Source: Lama guanicoe (Eukaryota). From it: DNA of 64,000 nucleotides. Where the stretch lies: the NCBI GenBank assembly GCA_013239625.1, contig MU053652.1:4453902-4517901 (forward strand), in the 5' to 3' direction. The position numbers and the translations under genes are program-made. A model generated the notes under the pieces. That model worked only from the letters and a program-made list of their open reading frames with translations, ran no database searches and was not told the origin of the DNA. Positions 1 to 12,400 of this stretch are shown piece by piece (within the stretch, counting starts at the first letter, position 1; each line of letters opens with the position of its first letter).

Positions 1-281
1 AAGGGGGCTGGGTCAGTAAGGACAGGGACTGCCTGAACCCGCCTCAGCCCGCCCCGCACCTTCCCACAGTCTCCCTGCTGAGCCCTACATCTCTGCCGTA
101 GGGGCCTGACTGGTGGAAGTCTGCCTTCCACCAGGATACCAGCCTCCCCAGGGCTTCCTGTGGTGTCTGCATACAGCAGGTGCTCAATAAGTATTTTTTG
201 ACAGAAGGCAGGCAAAGATGAAGTCACAGTGGGGCTCCTCTCAGCCCAACCAAGCCCAGCCCAGCCCAGCCGCCAACTCAC

Positions 282-422
282 CAGGGATGTGGTTGCCGTC
301 ATACTTGATCCCCATGTGGTGCAGGCCTTTCTCGGTGGGTGCGTACCTCACTGTGATGGTGCCATCCTTGTTGTCGGTGATGTTGGGCCGGGCCGTCTTC
401 CCGGAGGGCATCCGCACCTCCC
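282..422 (-). CDS. FLNC: FLNC exon 33, 141 nt
   Basis: [21 protein letters not shown]...DGNHIP. Confidence 0.96.
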
Positions 423-3400
423 CTGTAAGGCAGACACAGTTATGTGGGGGACCTCAGTTTCTCCTACCTCAACCCCCTTGCTGTCCCAGGCCCCCACTCC
501 TGTGTGGTTGTGCCTCCACCCCAGAGGTCCGGCACCAGGTGACAACCTGGAGCATCAGGACAAACCCCAAGCTGGGAGACAGAAGGCGTAAGTCTGAGTT
601 CCAGCTCTGCTCACATTGCTGTGTGATCCTGGGTAGCTCACACCCCCTTTCTGGGCCCCAGCTTTCATCTCAGACACAAGGAGCTGGGCCTGAATGCAGG
701 TGTCCTCCCTTTGACTCCTCAGGGCCCCAGGGCAGTACCTGTGAGCTCCCCTTTCTGCACGGTGAAGGGGATGACCAGGTTGAAGGGTCTCAGCATGGAC
801 TCCATTGGCTCCACAGGCACCACTGGCTCCTCGGTGGCCTGTGGCAGGTGAGAGGGGACAGTCACTGGCTGGAGAAGGCCTGGGAGCTTGGCCTGAGCCA
901 TGACTGAAGGCAGAGAAAATGAGGAAAGAACAAGATGGTTAATGTTGAAACTGGAAAGCAGGAGAGGCGCATCTGCTGCAGGAGAAGTGCTGTGCCCAGC
1001 TCGGGGGTCTGTCTCCCCAGCCTGACTCCCGCCTGCTCCCCAAGACGGCCCCCAAACCATGCCCCAGCCCTGGCTGCTGAAGAAGAGAAGGAAGAAGTGG
1101 AGGGAGAGGAGGAGGAGGGCGAGGTCTGGCCCAGGTGGGAGGTGGCAGTACCCAGTGTGTGGGGTAGGCGCTGGGCCGGTGCAGCTGCAGCACATCAGAG
1201 GGTTCCTCCACGTGGGGCATGGGGTCACACGCCTGGGAGGCAAGGCACGGAGAGCACAGGATGTGGCAGGCCAGTATTCACCAGCTCTAGTGACCAGGAG
1301 CTGACTCAGAATGGCCCAGGGACCCGAAATCCTGGGTTGCCCATGGGGCAGGATGGGTATCTTGGGTGCTTTACCCTCTGGAGGGCTTCATTGTCCTGCA
1401 GGGCCACCTTGGAGAGCTGTACAGGAACAGTGGGCTCAAGGGTCAGAGAGGAATATGGCAAATTCCACCAGAGAGGGCTGACCGACTGCCAGAGGGGCCA
1501 GAGGCAGGGCTGTGCTCACCTCCCAGGTTGGGAGGCTACTGGGAAAGCAAAGGCTCAACTCTGGAGCACTCTGGGACCAGAAGCCATCAGACATGGCGAC
1601 AGGTCCTGGATTCCTTGCTATTGCTAGTAAGGCTGGCCCCCCCACCTCCTCCAGCCACCATCTAGTCCTGCTGCGGCCGCGGAGCTTACCAGCACGTGGA
1701 AGGGGCTGTTGGGGATGTGCTCGCCTCCGAAGCGGATGGTGATGACGTACTTGCCCGGCTCAGGTGCAGTGTAGTAGATGTCGAAGGTACCATCGTGGTT
1801 CTCAACCACATCCACGTCGAGCTCTGCCCCATCCGGGGTGGACACTGTGCACGTCACCTTCCCCTTGCCTGCTGCCTTGGCGTCCACTGTGATCACTGTC
1901 TCCTCCCCAATCTGGATGCGGGGGCCCAGGCAGGCACCTGCCACACAGAAGCAACCGGTCATGGGTTCTGTAGGGGCCCTAGGCCCAGCCCCACTCAGTT
2001 CCCAACTGCCTCCACCACCTCAGCCCACAGCAAGAAGAGAAGGGGCACTCACCCAGGCCGTGACCTCCAATGGACACTGGAAACAGAGAAGAATGTGAGA
2101 CCATGAAACACTCAGGAGAGGGTGGGGGGCAAGGGATGGGTAAGGGCAGGGGAGGTGGGAGAGGGGACTGGGGCAGGGGAGGCGGAGTGGGTGCCCACCT
2201 GTGACGAGGCACTTGCTGGCGTCCCCAGTGGGCAGGGCATGGATGCGGAAGGGCGAGTAGGGGATCTCGTCACCACCGTACTTGATGGTGATGGTGTACC
2301 GGCCACTCATGTCTGGCAGATAGGACACGGTGTATGTGCCATCCCCGTTGTCTCGGATGTTGGCCTTCTTGGGCTTACCCTCGGGGTCCTGGGGGAGAAG
2401 CAGAGGTCAAGGCCGGTCTGTGCCCAGAGCCTGACCAGGGAGGTGGGCAGCACATGGACTTACCAGGATCTGGACAGTGAGCAAGCCCTCCCCAGCATCC
2501 CGGGCATCGATGGTGAACTCCACAGGCAGGCTGGCAGGGATGCCAGCGGCATTGAGGCCGGGGCCACTGGCCCGCACCTTGCTGGCATCATGGGCTGGAA
2601 GCACCTTAATCTTGAAGGGGCTTGAGGGGTAAAAGGATAGTTAGTTGGCTGAGGGTCGGGGGGAGGCAGAGTCTTGTCTCATTTTGGGCCTGGAGTCCTT
2701 CCCACATTCATGAGAAGGGGAGATGACTCCTGAGTAGGGAGGAGGGACCAGGTCACAGCCTGAGTCATGCGGGAGGGTCATTCGGGTGTGCCCCCAACCG
2801 AAGCCTGAGCATTTCTTCTCCATTCTCCAGGCAGATGCTGTGGTTTGTTTAAAGTGGAGGGTGCAGGAGGCTGCCCTCTCCCACCTGTTTGCAGCTACAT
2901 GGTCGGGGGAAAGCCCAGCCAGAGGAGGGTCCCTGAGGCTGTGCTGCCTCCAGGTTGGAAAAGACAGGCAGGGGGCCCTGAGAAAGAGTGGGAGGGGGCA
3001 GCAGAGACCAGATGAAGCCAAGACAAGTGGGAGGAGTGTTCCCAGGGCCCCACAGTGGCCCTGCAGGTGTGGCCTTGGTAGGAGCTCCCCAGAGCTCAGC
3101 ACAGCACAGGAGCCCAAAGCTGGTCCTCACCTGCGTGGCACCTCCTGGTCAGCATACTTGACGGCTACTGTGTAGGGCCCATCAGTGGCTGGGGTGTAGT
3201 GGACAGTGTGGGTGCCATCTCCATTGTCACGCACCTCCACAGGCTCAGCCACACCTGGGCAAGGGAGCAGGGTCAGCAAAGCCTCCTGGCACCCTGTCCC
3301 ATCTCTCTCCGCCCTGCCCATACATTCTCATACCTGTGGGGCCCAGCACGGCCACCTGCAGGGGGGCCCGGCCAGCTTGGCTGCAGTCTACCGTGAAGGT

Positions 3401-6400
3401 CTGGGGTACTCGGGCCCTGACACCAGCCCCCAGCCCCGGGCCCGAGCATTTGACCTTCCCAGGGTCCACCACATCCTTCACCGGCACCCGGAACGGGCTC
3501 CCTGCAAGGAGAGAGACGTCAGCCCCTACCCACCTGCCTGGGAGGGGCTCCCTGACACTGAGGAACCAGGAGGAGGAGGCCTTCCCTGCCTTTAAAATGC
3601 CCCAGGGAGGCCAGACCAAATGTGCAAACGCTTAGGAACTTGCTAAGAAAATGTAAACAAGGAGAAATAAACTTGGCTGCAGACCAAGGCTGTGCAAATC
3701 CACTTACTTAGGTCACAAGCCTGGAAGGCCTTTCTAAATTAATAGAATGTTAAAAGTGGAATATTTGTAAAAGAAAATACATTTTTGACAGTGTAAAATT
3801 AGATAAGGGGGGAAAATGTCCAATTTCAGCAGGCCCAAGTTATGCAATAATTGAAGGCATGACCCCTACCCTGCCCCCACCCCTGAGCAGCTTATCCCTG
3901 CAGGAGAGCAGGGGGGGTTCCTTGCTTTGTAAACAGTGAGAGCGAGAGGGTGTGAAAGGTGGCCCAGACTGTGTCTGAGAGACCAAACTCACAAGGTCTC
4001 GCGCTCCAGGCAAGGGGCCAGGACAGCAGTGCTGAGCTTCTGGGAATGAACTGCACCCACCGCCCTGCCTCTTGGCCATGACCGTGCCTGCCTGCTCAGC
4101 ATTCTCTCTGCTGGCTGGACTGGTGGCCATCCTGCTCTGGGGATGAGTCTCCACACCCAACTTCCCTTCCAGTTTCCCTATCAGTGAGCTGGCCTCCTAC
4201 TGCCCTCCCCAGCCCCACCCGCTCTCTGCACACCTGGGATGGGGCGGCCCCCAAAGGTGATGTTGACGTCGTAGTCTCCGGGGGTGAAGGGGATGTACTC
4301 CACGGTGCAGCTGCCGTCCTTGTTGTCCTTGCAGGACATCTTGGCTTCTGAGGGGCCCTCAATGGCTAGTCCTAGGCCCCCAGTGCCAGCTCCCCTACAA
4401 GAGGACCCCTCTGTCAGCCTCACTAGGACCACTGAGTGGAGATGAAGGAGCAGCTGAATAGGAGCTGAGGGCCAGGCTTAGAAGGGACCAGCTACAGGGG
4501 CTGCGACACTAGGGGAGGTTTGCACCCTTGATGGGGGATGGGCTGAGGATGAGGCACACGCAGACAGACAAAGGGGGAGGGCAAGTGGTTGGGATCAGGA
4601 TGGCCACAGCTTCAGGGTCAAGGTTAGGAAAGGGAGAGATACCTGGTCTCCACAGTGAAGCGGTTGGCCTTGTTGACCAAGCCACCCTCTAGGCCAGGCC
4701 CAAAGGCCCGGACGCGAGTTGGGTCACAGCCCTCGGTCACGCCCACTCGGAATGGGCTCTTGGGCACAGCTACATCATCATACAACACCTCCACCAAATG
4801 CACGCCTAGAACCCGACCACAGGGTGCAAGTCAGGATGTGCACGGCCCCCTCCACCCCGCCCCCATGAAAATGCTGAGATCAGATCCCCACTGTCCCCAC
4901 TCAGCCCAGTCCCTCACCCTCTTCATAGGCTGTATACTGCACTCGGTAGGTGCCATCCCCATTGTCTGTCACATAGGTGTCTGTCTTAGCACCCGAGGGG
5001 TTGAGCACGCGAGCTGTCACATGGTTCCCACCCGTGGCAGTGAGGGATCTTGCATCCACAGTGAACTCAGTGGTCACCTCACGCAGGACACCTGGGTGCC
5101 AGGAGACAAGAGCTCAGTGTGGGTTTGGGGCAGCCTTCACACAGCTGCTCACCTCATCCCTCCCTTCCCAGCTCCCAGGTGGCTCCTCCTCTCCTCCTGT
5201 ATTTCCCAGTCTGAGACCAGCCATCCTCTCAGGCCTGTGAGCTCCAGGCCCTGCCACCCACAGCCCCTGCCTCAGCTCCCTTCCCCACATGGTGACATTC
5301 TGTTCATGTAAGTCTCCCTACCAGGCTCTGGGCCCCTTGAGGGCAGGTATGGGTCTTACATCTTGCGCCCCCTGCCTCCATGCCCAGCCCAGGGTCTGGT
5401 CCCCAACAGATGGTAACTCACATTCACTGAACTGAGCTGAACTGTGTCCTGAATCCTGTCACCCACTACCCCACAGCTTTCCCTCTGCACTATGGAGAGC
5501 AAGGTTCTTAGCTTTTTCAGATCAGGGACCCCTTAAGCTGACGAAGGTTGAGGATCTCCCCAGCAAAATGCCCATGGGCAGATGCAGTTCTGCCACAAGA
5601 CCAGAGGCAAAGCTCCATGTCCTTCCCTTGGCTTTGGCTCCTCTGGGGTGTCTGAGCTCTAAGGACTCCAGGGCTGCCCCAAAGCCCCCCCGTTCACCTC
5701 ACACTGCCCCCCAACGCCTTCAGCACTGCTTCCCGCCCTCCCTGACTGGCGCCATGACAGGCTCCTGGCTCCTCCTCCATCACTCACCATGTGGCTCCAC
5801 ACCAGGCCCTGAGACCTTGACCCCACTGGTGTCAACAGCGGGCTGCACGTGGACACGGGTGGGGAATTTGGGTACGGGGTGCCCGCCATACTTGATGGTA
5901 ATGGTGTAGGTGCCAGGGAAGGCGGGGCTGTAGGTGATGTGGTAGGTGCCGTCAGCATTGTTGTGGATCAGCACCTCGGCCTTGACCCCGGCGTCCGACA
6001 GGATCTCGATGGTCAGCTCAGCCTCACCCGCCTCCGAGCAGTCCACAGTGAAGGTGGCAGCCTCGCCGGCCTTGCCACGCTCCAGGCCTGGCCCACTGGC
6101 CCGCACCTTGCTTGGGTCGAACACGGGCCGGATGGTAGCCTTGAAGGGCGAGCCGGGGATGTGGGCTTCGGCAAACAGGATGTTGATGGTGTACTCGCCC
6201 GGCTCCGTGGGCAGGTAGCTGACAGCACACGAGCCATCACCGTTGTCCTGGCACTCAATCTTGGCCTCGCAGGGGCCCTCCACGGTCAGCCCCAGACCAC
6301 CTGTGCCCGCCCCCTTGGTGTCAATGGAGAAGGGCGCTGGTGTGCCTACCAGCCCGCCCTTGAGACCAGGGCCGTAAGCACAGACCTAGAGGAAGGAGCA

Positions 6401-9400
6401 GGTGTGTGGGTTACCTACACCTGGCCTCTCCCATGCCCAGCCTTCATGGCTCCCTGTGAAAGCTAAGCACTTTCAACTGTAGCAGCTACTACAGACTGAA
6501 TCCTTATAACAATTCCACGTGAGGAAATGGAGGCAAAGAAATTGAATAATTTGTCCCAGTTGGTGGACCTGAGATTGAAGTCAGGCTCTTAATAACTCAG
6601 CTGTCTCAAAGGCAGGTCCTGAAGTGGGGGACTGCCTCGGCCCCGGGTCCTTGGCTGTGCTCCCTCCAGGACATAAGGCCCTCTGGTCTCTGCCCCTATG
6701 ACTTATTCATCTTTCCTACAAGCCCCCAATTCCCAGCTCCCACCAGCCCCCGTCTCCTCACCTTGGAGGGGTCAGGAGGTAAGACACCCTCCACAGTGAA
6801 GGGGCTGCCAGGCACCGGGTGACCATCATAGGTGATGTCCACCTTGTAGGGCCCCTCCTCAGGGGGCATGTAACGCACAGCCTGGGTGTCGGCTCCACCC
6901 CCAGGTTCCAGTTTGCAGGGGATGGGTCGTCGGGAGGGTGAGGTCATCCGCACGTCCAGCTGGCCCTGACCACCAGCCCCTCGTGTGTTCACAGAGAATG
7001 CCTGTTCTTGCCCCACAGCGACCTCTGTGTAGAGAGCAAGGGACACAGTGAGCAGAGACTCCAGCCCACCCCAGCCAACACCCCTCACTCTCAGGTCAGC
7101 TCTTGCCCTCACTTACTGCTGTTGAGGCCTTGAACTTTGACTTTGCTAAGGTCCAGCGGGGGTGCCACATTCACCACAAAGGGGCTCTTGGGGACAGGAT
7201 CTCCACCATAGGTCACTGTCACTGCCATGTTGCCCTATTGGATACAACAGGTCAGAATTGGGTGGCTTAGAAACAGCCTGGCAACATGCCCTTGGCCGAT
7301 GTGGGCCTGAGGCACAGAGATCCACAGCAAGAGAGGATGGGAGGCAGGAAAGAGGCCAGAATCCAGAACTGGCCCTATGAGCCTGGAGGAAGGAGACCTA
7401 GGATCCCAGCCAGGATGAGTAGGGCAAGGGAGGGGGTGGGCACACCTGCTGGACGGCCGTGTACTTGACAGTGTAGGAGTAGTCATGGTTGTCGATGATT
7501 TCAAAGTCCCGCACAGCCTCGCCCTTGGCGGCCCCAGCAAAGTGCACGTCCAGCTTGGCCTTGCCAGCTCCCTTGGTCAGCACCGTGAAGTGAGTGGGTT
7601 TCCCAACTTCCACACCTGGGGAGCCCACACCAAGATGGTGGTGAGGGACTGGCGGCCAATTACTCCTAATCCCAGCTCGGCCCAGCCCCTTCCCAGACAC
7701 CAACCTGTCCGGTTCAGCCCAGGGCCCTCAGCCTTGACTTTGCTGGCGTCATGGGATGGGTCCACCTTGATATGGAAGGGGCTGGCGGGGATCTCCTGGA
7801 GGGAGAAAAGGCTTGGTCAGGGTGGACATGAGCAGTCTCTGAGGTATACTGACTGCCCACAGGAAGTGCTCAATGGCTGTGGAACTGTTCCCAAAGGACA
7901 GCCTCTCAAGTTGCTGGCTGAGTCTAGGGGGTGCTGCCACCAATGACAACCAAAAGCCAGGTGTAGGGTACCTGGTTGGCAAACAGCACCATGATGGTGT
8001 AGCGGCCGGCCCCTGGGGGTGTGTACTTGACTGTGAAGGTGTCATTGTCATTCTTGATGATGTCAAAGTCGATGTCAGCCTCTGCAGGACCCACCACACC
8101 GGGGGCGCACTTGATGCCAATGCTCACATCGCCTGAAGGGAGGCAGGCAAGAGGCCATGAGTGTGGGCCTCAACACCCTCCTGCACTCTGCACCTCTGCC
8201 TTGAAATAGGCAGAGGTACTGGCTCCTCCCAGCCAGACCCCGCCCTGGCCCCGCCCCACTCCCCTCCCCACCTCCAGGCCCACCTTGCCCTGCCTCGCTG
8301 CAGTCCACAGTGAAGTAGGTGGGCTCATTAGCCTTGAGGCCTGTCTTCTCCACGCCTGGGCCATAGACTTTCACCCGCTCGGGGTGACTGCCCTCTCCCA
8401 CGTTTACCTGTGGGGAGGAGATGACGCTCAGCACAGCGCCCCTCCATCAAGTCCCATCCCCTCCCCCAGCACTACCAGCGCCGGCCTTAGTAGGACCAAT
8501 CTTAGCCTCTTCGCTGGGGCCTTGAGGTGGGGGTGCCATGACAGGGCTCACGGACAGCCAACATCTCCCGCGTGGGGCTCCGCCCTCCCTCTGGGGCCCC
8601 GGTAGTGGGTACAGTACAAGACGCAGAGGACGTACCCGGAAGGGGCTCTTGGGTACGTTGACACCTCCCCAGGAGATGATGATGGTGTGCTTAATGGGCT
8701 TGGTGGGCACATAGGAGCAGCGGAAGGTGCCATCGCCATTGGGGATGACTTTGATGTCGATAGGGCAGCCGTCTGCGTCCTGTGGGCATCACCCAAAGCA
8801 AGGTTCTTAGAACGCTCCGGCCTCCTCAGAGCACTGGCGCCCTCTGCTGGCCGACACACTCACAGGCCTCGCCCCTGCCACAGACCTCAGACCACAAGCC
8901 TAGTGCCACGAGCTCTGGTGGCCAGGGAGCACCCTGGAAGCCAGGAGATGGGGCTCTAGGCCATCTGTGTGGCCTGTTCTCTCCCAACCTAGGTCTCTGA
9001 AATATGTTGTCAGGGGAGAAGCTCAGCTAAATCAACGTTCCTAAAATTGAATAATGAACCGTTTAAAGAAGAATCATCCTCTTGGACCCAAGAATACATT
9101 CATTAACCTCTAGGGATCAATGGACAACAGTTTGAGAAATTCACCTGGGAAACCAATCTCTTACTCAATCAAATCATCTTTTAATTAAAAATTGTCACTA
9201 TACAAATACATTTTTGGTAAAATGTTTTTAAGATTATCATTAGGAAGAAAACACAAAACTTTAAATTCTCCACAGTTATTATGGATCCATGAGACTCAGT
9301 CCTGTGATGCCTGGATGCCCCTTTCTCTAACCTGCCCCATCCTCCCAGGGTCCCTGCTACAGCAGTGAGGGGCAGCGAGTTCAGGCAACACACTACCTGG

Positions 9401-12400
9401 GCATAGAGCTTCAGGTCTCCCTTGCCAGCTGCACGGGCATCAATGGTGAACTCTGCTGGCTTGTCCACGATGCAGCCAGTGGGCTCCAGGCCAGGCCCAA
9501 AGGCCTTCACCTGTGCAGGAGCAAGAGAAGAGGGCTGGGTTGGGTACTGGAGGAGAGCCATTCACCTTGTCCCGGGCCCACGGGCAGAAGCGGGGACCAC
9601 ACCTTGTCTGGGAAGCAGTCGGGTGGCGCTGGCTGGATGTGAGCAATGAAGGGTGAGTCACGGATGTCCTCATCGTCGCAGATGACATGCACAGCGTACT
9701 CCCCTGGCTCTGTGGGCCAGTACCGCACATCGCAGGAGCCATCTCCCTTGTCATCACACTCAATCTTGGCCTGCGAAGGCCCCTCAATGGAGAAGCCTAG
9801 GTGTGAGGTGGGGAGGGTTAGAGGGCACAAGAGGCAATTTGGACCCTCAGGCAGGTCCCCCATCACTCCCCTCCCCAGCATCACCACCCTGGTCACCCCT
9901 ATGTCCCATCTCCCCATCTCATCTCAGACTCGCCAGAATTCCTGCCTCCTGTTCCCCAGTCACTTCCCAGTGTCCCTCCATCACACCACTCCTCAGCACG
10001 CCCACCTGCTGCCATCCAGCCACTTACCCAGTGTTCCCACCTCGGTGCCAATGGCCTCCACCACAAAGTCAGCTGATTTTCCCACCTGGCCAGTTTCCAA
10101 ACCGGGACCCCAGGCCCGTACCTTCTGCACTCCTGCCTCTGGGCTCACCTGTACCTCAAAGGGGCTGAGGAAAGAGGGAGCTGGTGTCAATGCTGGGCGG
10201 TGCCCCCATCAGAGGTACTCCTCCTCCCTTCCCTCAGAGTCCCAGGCAGTCCGCCTCCCTCCTCCCACCCTATGAGGGCCCAAACAGGAAGGCACAGGGG
10301 TTGCATGGTGCTTACCTGCGGGGAATCGCATAGCCGCCCCACGTGATGGTCACCACGTACTTCCCGGGCACCACGGGGTAGTACTCACACTCGAACACAC
10401 CATCCCCAGCCTCCCGCACCTTCACTGGCTCCTCTGTGCCCTCTGAGGAGATGTGGGGAGTAGGGGTATCAATGGCCTGTGAGTCCCAGCTCCTCGATCC
10501 CCTTGGGATCCAGAACCCTGGGGACCCAGGCCCAGCCTGAGGGCAGTGTTGCTAGTAGGCAGTGCTGAAAGTCCAGGCAGGGACCACGCGTCATCCCCAT
10601 GCATAACACCCTGGGGTAGCCATAGGGCAGAGAGCAACATTTACAGCTTGCAGACAGTGAGACCGAGGCAGATATAAGACAATGTGCACTTTGTGTCTCT
10701 TTTAGAGCCCCAACAGGGGTACGTGGTGCTGGCTGTCACTGCCCTCAGGGAGTTAAACCACTGGCCGAATCTTCTCCCTGCACCCTGACCCTCACTGGCC
10801 CTGGGCCCTGCCACTCACTTGGTCCTTTGACTGTGACCTTGAGTTCCCCGCTGCCAGCACCCTTGGTGAACACCTTGAAGTCAGCCACCTCTTTGACACG
10901 TACACCCTTGGGCTGCAGGCCCCGCCCAGAGGCACGGCAGGCATTGGGGTTACAGGCTGGGAGGAAGAGAAGAGGCGGGGTTGGGGGCACTGAGGGGCCC
11001 TAGACAGATCCTCAGCCTCCCACCATTTGTCCCCCACCTCCCTGTGCACAGTCCTCCCGACACCCACAGGCACAGGCCATGGCCTCATGCAACCCTCCCC
11101 TGGGCTCCCTGGTGCCCCGGACACCACTGGGAGCCATGCTAGGCAGGGAGCCGGCCACAGCGCCCCTAGCCCCCCTCATCAGGCTGGTTATAAGAAACCC
11201 TTCCCGCTGGGCTTCTCAGAGTCAGTGTCGCCTGGGACAAAGGCATAGCAGAGCCTGGGCAGAGACTTGAGCAGAGACACAGGGAAGGGCGCCTTACCCA
11301 CCCCAAGGCCATCCACCTAGAACCATCTGAGCCTTCTCAGAGCTACCACAGCAGCTTTGGGAATGACATGCCACAAAACACTCAGCAACATCATGGAATG
11401 AGAGGTATTCATATAACAAGAAGCCTGCCACAGATCACAGGCAATTCATATAAAAGTCAGCCTGCCACAGAACACTGCCAGTGGCAATGAACCCAGACTT
11501 TGCTACTGAACACAGGCCAAAGAACAGTGATCTCAACCTGCCACGGAACAGATAAAATGGCATGGAACTTAAGGGTGCCACCAAACAGGCAATGACATAT
11601 AATCCAGGCCTGCCACAGAACAGACAATGGCACGGAACTGAGATCTTCATCACAGAACTCATCAGGCAAGTGGCAAGAAACGAGATCTGCCACAGAACAT
11701 AAGCAAAGGCATGGAACCTGGGGCCTGTCACAGAATGCCACGGAAGGGGGCGACTCCACACCGCTCGGGCCATGCCACACAGCACAGGTGAGGCCAGTCA
11801 GCTATGGCCATGCCTGGCCCCGCCTCCGCTGGCGTGTACTAACGTGGTGCCACTCTCCTGGCCTGGTGGACGATGGGCACAGAGGGGGCGAGAGGCGGCA
11901 AGGGCTCTGAGTGGTAGAGAGAGAACCGAGTGGGGGGAGTCACCACCTGAGGGCCTGCCCTACAGGGGCTCACCGTCCCTTTTCCCTCGCCCTTTCATGG
12001 TGGCGCCTGTCTGGTATCCTTCTCTGAGGCCTCCTGACCCTTCTCAGGGACGGGATGGACAGATGATCTCTCAAGAGCCCCACCCCTTGGCTCTTCCTTC
12101 TGCCCATTTTAAGCCTTCAGATGGCTCCCCTCAACCAACCCCTGGATTTAGTGCTTCATTTCCCATGAATCCTCAGACTCAGAATTTGGTGGAAATGCTC
12201 TCTGCGTCCTGGCCTCAGCGAGGGAGATGGTAAGGATGGGTGAAGGGCCTTTACCTTCTGCCACATGGACGGGGAAAGGACTGCGGGTGATGGGGGCACC
12301 AGCGAAGGCCACATGCACCGTGTGGGGCCCCTCCATCACAGGCCTGTATGTGCAGCGGAACGTGCTGTCGCCTTTGTCCTCCAGGGCCACCTCCACTGTG

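Noticed and set aside
11369-11777. CRISPR-like interpretation of the repeat/spacer array
   Set aside because: Mammalian intron, degenerate repeats, very short spacers, no cas genes
11435-11785. Two minus-strand ORFs (116 and 107 aa) over the array
   Set aside because: Non-ATG starts, no peptide periodicity (period not a multiple of 3), no clear acceptor; probably a compositional by-product
11341-11787. Plus-strand (antisense) coding exon spanning the array (ttctcAG ... CAG|GTGAGG, 447 nt)
   Set aside because: All three frames hit stops within 150 nt. The nearby TACTAAC is just the reverse complement of the 8a donor GTTAGTA. A non-coding antisense exon is not excluded.
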